Notes under the pieces: generated by a model
The model's input: only the letters and a program-made list of their open reading frames with translations
What the model was told of the DNA's origin: nothing
Databases searched by the model: none
Program-made: the position numbers and the translations under genes
Assembly (NCBI GenBank): GCA_031414775.1
Contig: JANOQI010000057.1
Location: forward strand, 1 to 64,000
Length of the DNA: 64,000 nt
Direction: 5' to 3'
Source of the DNA: Synechococcales cyanobacterium VAR_4_metabat_354
Lineage (GTDB): Bacteria; Cyanobacteriota; Cyanobacteriia; Cyanobacteriales; Chamaesiphonaceae
Shown here: positions 59,165 through 64,000 of the stretch, one piece after another
How positions within the stretch are numbered: the stretch's first letter is position 1
Layout: each line of letters begins with the position of its first letter

Positions 59165-59671
59165 TTAGCGAATCCGAACTTCGTAGCTCAAATTGCTTTG
59201 AGACCGGGGTGCAACACTACTGGTAAAAGCCCAACGGACGTTGGTATAGTTGCCAGCAGCTGCTGGCTTTTTATCGAACATTGGTTGTGCGCTATAGCTT
59301 CTACCACCATCAGTACTAAAAGTCAGTTGTGCGCCTTTAACAGGAGTAGCAGAATTCAGGACGTAGGACGTGCCGGGGCGAATTTTCTGGTTGAGAATTA
59401 GTTTGTTCACTGGCTTGGTGCTAACGTTGTTGGCAGCAATTCGATAGACAATGACATCACCAGGCTTAGCACTAGCAACGGATACTAGCTTGAAGCCTTT
59501 TTTATCAGCAACTTTTTTGAATTGAGAAAGCTTCAGCTGAATAGATTTCTTGGCGGCTACTTGCGCTCCTACTGGCTGAGTGAATTGGCCGATAACTGGC
59601 AAATTACCGCTGACTAAAACAGTAGTGGATAGTGCCATCATGGCGATGGTGGTAGAAAGTAAACGTTTCAT
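59165..59671 (-). CDS. Small secreted DUF11-like single-domain protein
   Basis: Signal peptide from MKRLLST; AKPGDVIVYRI, IRPGTSYV and YTNVRW...LSYEVRIR. Confidence 0.8.
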   Translation of the reverse strand: MKRLLSTTIAMMALSTTVLVSGNLPVIGQFTQPVGAQVAAKKSIQLKLSQFKKVADKKGFKLVSVASAKPGDVIVYRIAANNVSTKPVNKLILNQKIRPGTSYVLNSATPVKGAQLTFSTDGGRSYSAQPMFDKKPAAAGNYTNVRWAFTSSVAPRSQSNLSYEVRIR

Positions 59672-59856
59672 ACGTGGGATTACTCCGGTATAGATGTAAA
59701 AGGTCGGGCACAGCCCATGCAAACTAGTATTCCCAGAGAGGATGCTAGACTTGCTATGGCTTAACGGGCAAGAATAAAAATATATTGGGGCTATGAGTAA
59801 TAGCCGTTTTATTTATGTACTTAATTAATTATTTACTGGTCTAGATCTAGAAGGCA

Positions 59857-59884
59857 GGAGATAGAAACCGTGGCTTCTATCTCC
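59857..59884 (-). terminator. Stem-loop immediately downstream of the large secreted gene
   Basis: GGAGATAGAA-N8-TTCTATCTCC perfect 10-bp stem. Confidence 0.7.
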
Positions 59885-59893
59885 CGTAAGTAT

Positions 59894-62362
59894 CTAGTTC
59901 AATTTACGTTTGAAGCTAAATGTACCAGTGCTACCAGGAGCAACTACAGTTGTGACAGTATCAACATATTTAGTGATGTCAGTAGCAGCAGTTGTACCAG
60001 ATTGGTCAACCGAAGTAGTACCACCAGCTGGGTCTTTAAACAAACCAATGGTGGAGGTAGTGTCTGGATCAACCGCTGAACCTACGACGTTACTAGTATC
60101 TAGCGCGCCGTTACTATCAGTATCTTTAGCCCAAGTATTAGTACCAGTAGTACCATTCTCAGTAATTACTAAATTGGCAGCCTTCATGACAGAGCTACCA
60201 GTACCAACTAACTTATCCGAAATATTTTCGTAAGTAATGCGATACTCAATGATATTGCCGGAAGCTGGCTTCTTATCGGCAGTGCTGAAGTTAACGTCAG
60301 CTGGTAAAACTGCTGGGCCGGTGCCTTGCAAAATACGAGTTTCTTTGGTCAGTTTGACGAAACCGGTGTAAACACGATCGATCGTTTTGTTAGTAGCTGT
60401 TGGTGCTGCCAGTGCAATATCCCCACCAGTAGGAGCAGTTACAGTACCACCAGTAAAGGCATTAATTACAACAGGGAAACTTTCTAGTGGCTTGGTGGTA
60501 GCATCTTGAGCCAGGTCAACGCTGACTTGGTATGCAGCAAGCGCATCAGGTGCCACAGCATTTAAGGTAACTGGGTTAGTAGCGCTAATGGGGCCATTGG
60601 CATTACTACCAACACCAGAAAGTGGCTTGAAAGTAAAACCAGTAGCAGTGGCTACATAAGTAGCTTCTTGACCATTAGCAGAAATTTTAACTTCAGTGCC
60701 TACTGGTAATGGATCACCAGCTAATAATTCTGGCAACAGAGAAATGTTAGCAGCAGCACCACCAGTATTTCTGACAGTATTGTTGAAGCCAGCAGCAGCT
60801 GGATCAAAAGTAGCCGTTGGTGCAGTACCAGCAGGTACGGTGGTGGACTTATTCGTAAAGTCATCGTTAGTGTTAGTTGGACCAATTGCTTCTGGTACAC
60901 CTACTGGACCATTCAACAGGGAATTTGTTGCTGCAGCAGTGAACGTATATTTGTATTCGTTGATTTCACCAGCAAGGCTACCAACAGCACTGTTGTCGTT
61001 AGCAGTATCAACCACAAACGCCGGATCAGCTACACCAGTGGTAATAGCACTGGAGCTAGGAGCAGCAGGCGTAATGGGAGTAGCCGAATCGAAGTTGTTA
61101 GGAGTTTGGTCACCAGATTCGTCATAAACAATCGCAGTTGGTGAACCACCAGCAGTAGTACCAAAAGCTTGTGCCATACTATCGATCGTGTAGGTAGTAG
61201 CAGTAGGCGCAACACCACTAGTGACAACCTTGAAGTTGAAACCAGTAACTTCGGCACCAGGCGCTACAACAGCAGCATTAGTATCGGTGATAAAGCCTAC
61301 GCGCTTGTAAACTGCTGCTGGATCAAAGGTTGTTACCCAGGCAGTAGTCGGATCGTTAGCAAATGTGCTGGTTGAAGTAGTTGTGTAAACTGCTGTCCAG
61401 CCAATTGGTGCAGTCGCTGCTGCGGCTAACTTAGTACCATCAGGAATTGCACTAGAAACCAAGATCCGGTTAACGGTGCTAGGGCCAGAGCCAGTGTCTA
61501 CTGTCAGAGCTGAACCGGCTAAAGCACTAGGAGTAATACCAGAGTTAGTAATATCTGTGCTCGCAACTTTCAAACCAAGGCCGTAGCTGATTACATCATC
61601 AGATAAGTTGGCTGGAGTAGCATTATCACTAACGCCAGTACGAGTTTCAGTGACAGTGGCCAAGGCAATATTCTTGACTACGGTACCAATATTAACTGAT
61701 TGAGTCGCACTACTTTCGCGTTGACCGTTGGCTGGAGCACCACCAGTAGTATTAACGTTATTGGGGTTACCATCAGCTACCAGGGGCTGGTTTGGTTGGT
61801 CACTAGGAGTGTTACCTAATTGAACGGCAATAGTAGAGCCAGTACCATTATTAACAGTCACTTCTGCGCGGACTTGGACAACACCACCGGCAGCAACGTT
61901 CGGTACATCTACACCAGCTGCTGGTACAGGCTTCCAGATATTATCAGCAGGGTCTAGGTACTCCAATTTGTTAAAAGTACCAGGACCGGTCACAGTGGGC
62001 TGACCAGGAATGCGTATAGTAGTGGAAGTGTTACCAACGTTGGTAACAGTGTAGTCAAACTCTAGCTTGTCGCCAACAGTAACAGCACCACCAGGGTTAG
62101 TTTTATTAACGATACCGCTACCGGAAACATCAATACCGGCAACATCAGCAACAATCACCTTAACTTCGTTAGAAGTAGCGTTGATGGGAGTACCGGGGTT
62201 ACCTGGATCATCATAGCTAGCAGTAGCCGTGTTGGAAATAGCAGTACCGGCAGCTGTCTCAGCCAACACTGGTGCCACTAACTGTAAAAGACCACCACTC
62301 ACCAAAAGAGTAACCAGAAGAGGGCGAGAGTATTTCATCATATTAATATTGTTTACTTTCAT
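59894..62362 (-). CDS. Large secreted Thr/Ala/Gly/Asn-rich multi-Ig (DUF11-related) protein, candidate major fibre subunit
   Basis: Signal peptide (PVLA|ET), AGTAISNTATASY N-terminus, and repeated Y-T-V-T-N-x-G-N / NTVRNTG / IIEYRITYEN Ig motifs. Confidence 0.8.
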   Translation of the reverse strand: MKVNNINMMKYSRPLLVTLLVSGGLLQLVAPVLAETAAGTAISNTATASYDDPGNPGTPINATSNEVKVIVADVAGIDVSGSGIVNKTNPGGAVTVGDKLEFDYTVTNVGNTSTTIRIPGQPTVTGPGTFNKLEYLDPADNIWKPVPAAGVDVPNVAAGGVVQVRAEVTVNNGTGSTIAVQLGNTPSDQPNQPLVADGNPNNVNTTGGAPANGQRESSATQSVNIGTVVKNIALATVTETRTGVSDNATPANLSDDVISYGLGLKVASTDITNSGITPSALAGSALTVDTGSGPSTVNRILVSSAIPDGTKLAAAATAPIGWTAVYTTTSTSTFANDPTTAWVTTFDPAAVYKRVGFITDTNAAVVAPGAEVTGFNFKVVTSGVAPTATTYTIDSMAQAFGTTAGGSPTAIVYDESGDQTPNNFDSATPITPAAPSSSAITTGVADPAFVVDTANDNSAVGSLAGEINEYKYTFTAAATNSLLNGPVGVPEAIGPTNTNDDFTNKSTTVPAGTAPTATFDPAAAGFNNTVRNTGGAAANISLLPELLAGDPLPVGTEVKISANGQEATYVATATGFTFKPLSGVGSNANGPISATNPVTLNAVAPDALAAYQVSVDLAQDATTKPLESFPVVINAFTGGTVTAPTGGDIALAAPTATNKTIDRVYTGFVKLTKETRILQGTGPAVLPADVNFSTADKKPASGNIIEYRITYENISDKLVGTGSSVMKAANLVITENGTTGTNTWAKDTDSNGALDTSNVVGSAVDPDTTSTIGLFKDPAGGTTSVDQSGTTAATDITKYVDTVTTVVAPGSTGTFSFKRKLN

Positions 62363-62724
62363 CGGGAGAAGAACTCGGGGTTTAAACTAGGCTTGTTTAA
62401 CTAATCGGCATCGCACAGACTAGCTTCAAATTCATGATTCACCCAAACTCAGTCAAAATTACTACACCTCTCACCTTTTTTCTAAAGTTCAGTGGAAATA
62501 GCAAAAACAACATTAGATAGTTTTGAAAAACCAGCTATAAATACGGAGCAGGCAATAAGAATACTGTAATTTAATCTTGTCTTCAGGGGCTTTCAGGCCG
62601 TTACTAAGTACCTTTACTGAATCAAGTAAATCCGGACGAAAATATATTTATCTTAGTGATATTAAGACTTGACAATCTAAATAAATATGATAATCCGGTC
62701 TTTTATTGCTATCTCTAAAAACCC

Positions 62725-62760
62725 AAAAAAAGGGGCACGTCCCTGCGGAAACGCACCCTT
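62725..62760 (-). terminator. Intrinsic terminator after the Rpn-like gene
   Basis: Minus strand reads AAGGGTGCGTTTC-CGCA-GGGACGTGCCCC followed by a T tract. Confidence 0.75.
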
Positions 62761-62785
62761 AGCAAAATTCATGAATCTATTTGAA

Positions 62786-63691
62786 CTATATTTCCTGAGA
62801 CTGGATGGCTTGGACTCGATCGTTAGCGAAGCGTTCCACCTCGGAAATTGATAGCTCTGTAATTGAGGCAACATCTTCTACAGACATACCCTTTTTCAAC
62901 ATTTTCAGTGCAATCTCTTTTTGAGTTTCCTGCTGGCCGCGCTTAAAACCAATTTTTTCAACACTGGTAACGTAAGTCATCTTTTTATCCTCTTCGTAAG
63001 CTTTAAAGTCATTCCAAAAACTGTTACTCAATCCTTCAGGCAAAACCAGAATCCAGTCAATGAACTTAAACAAATCTACTACCTGGCTTCTATTGTAGCC
63101 CCTTTCATAGAGTCCCCTCACCAGCTGAAACTTCCAATTCTTCCGCTCCTGATCCTTACTTTTCATCTCCTGCGCCTTTAGGTGAGCCATCACCACAACC
63201 GCAAACGGGTTGGCATTAGACTCCAATTCTTCCCATTGCTCTTGGTAATCTAGCAACTTCACTGCGGTGAAATTAAATTCCAACGAAGAGCCTGGAGCAG
63301 TTAATAAATGCTCTTTCGGTCGCCAGGTAGAATTAGAATCACACAAGATAGCTAAACTGCTGGGTAATTGATTGAACCTATCATAGATACGCATCGCATA
63401 GGTCAGCATCCTCTCTTCAAAGTTTTTCTCTTTGCTAGCTTGGATTTCCAAGTGCAAAAGTAGCATCAAAGACTTACCCCGCCTGAGCTTCACCTCCACC
63501 AACTGGTCGGCGTATCTCTTACCCACTTCAGCATTGGGCGAGAGCTGCTGAAACTCCTTGTCTAAAAAGACTGGCGGCGATTGCCAATCAATTAATTGTG
63601 CAATCATGGGAAAGAAGAATTCGATGGCTTCTGGAAAATATGCACGCAGCATCGACTTCCAAGGGGAATCTGCATCATTAAATTTAGCCAC
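62786..63691 (-). CDS. Rpn/YhgA-like putative transposase or nuclease (cyanobacterial multicopy family)
   Basis: DSPWK, FLDKEFQQ, HLEIQ, NPFAVVVMAHL and MTYVTSVE motifs. Confidence 0.82.
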   Translation of the reverse strand: MAKFNDADSPWKSMLRAYFPEAIEFFFPMIAQLIDWQSPPVFLDKEFQQLSPNAEVGKRYADQLVEVKLRRGKSLMLLLHLEIQASKEKNFEERMLTYAMRIYDRFNQLPSSLAILCDSNSTWRPKEHLLTAPGSSLEFNFTAVKLLDYQEQWEELESNANPFAVVVMAHLKAQEMKSKDQERKNWKFQLVRGLYERGYNRSQVVDLFKFIDWILVLPEGLSNSFWNDFKAYEEDKKMTYVTSVEKIGFKRGQQETQKEIALKMLKKGMSVEDVASITELSISEVERFANDRVQAIQSQEI

Positions 63692-63821
63692 GATACTTCA
63701 CTAAAAAACAAGCGCCCTGATTCTATCCCGTAATTGGTCGGTTGTTGAATTTCCCTTTAGCCACAAACCATTAGTCGATTGACAGCTCTGCAATTAGCTT
63801 GAAAGATTATATAATAGGAAA

Positions 63822-64000
63822 ATGACCCATACTTTTAATCGCGATCGATATAAAGATTTATTATCTGAATATCAGCCCAAACTAGTTAAAACAGAAGCCG
63901 AGAACGATCAAGCATTAGCCATGATAGAACGGTTGATGCATCTATCTCATCGTACTCCCGAACAGCAAGAACTTTATGAATTACTAATTGTTTTGGTTGA
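63822..64000 (+). CDS. HigA-like antitoxin / HTH regulator, partial (runs off the window)
   Basis: MTHTFNRDRYKDLLSEYQPKLVKTEAENDQALAMIERLMH...EQQELYELLIVLV; AGGA RBS. Confidence 0.65.
   Translation, partial: MTHTFNRDRYKDLLSEYQPKLVKTEAENDQALAMIERLMHLSHRTPEQQELYELLIVLV

Noticed and set aside
59910..61375. Plus-strand ORFs within the 822-aa gene, and similar short antisense ORFs elsewhere in the track
   Set aside because: Shadow ORFs arising from the codon bias of the real genes; no RBS or protein motifs.
62725..62760. c-di-GMP riboswitch upstream of the fibre operon
   Set aside because: It lacks the two-hairpin GEMM consensus; it is a single stem plus T tract right after a stop codon, i.e. 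a terminator.

Overview
Cyanobacterial chromosome segment, inferred from very abundant CGATCG/GCGATCGC (HIP1-type) sites and the genes rpaA, vipp1, ycf29 and sigF. Most of 8-52 kb is ordinary housekeeping (hflX, rpaA, pgi, purM, menB, vipp1, clpP, ndk, purK, CCA enzyme, sigF), with small accessory inserts: a ParA+HEPN pair, a CAT-like acetyltransferase, an O-methyltransferase, two Rpn-like genes and a feoB remnant. Two loci stand out. (1) At 80-7796, a six-gene minus-strand operon of proteins I cannot assign to any characterised system. It encodes two paralogous amphipathic proteins, one with a seven-unit acidic NPYxxPExEWE repeat leader directly followed by a cationic antimicrobial-peptide-like helix. 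It also encodes a HEXXH metallopeptidase-like protein, two large unknown proteins, and a small protein sharing the LFETP...EYEWE leader. The operon is decaying here, with an IS630 insertion and three frameshifts. (2) At 51795-62362, a five-gene minus-strand DUF11/Ig-fold surface operon. Its sequences suggest a head-to-tail, donor-strand-complemented (possibly isopeptide-crosslinked) fibre with its own outer-membrane barrel and OmpA anchor. No rRNA, tRNA or CRISPR array was recognised. All family assignments come from motif recognition by eye, not from database searches.
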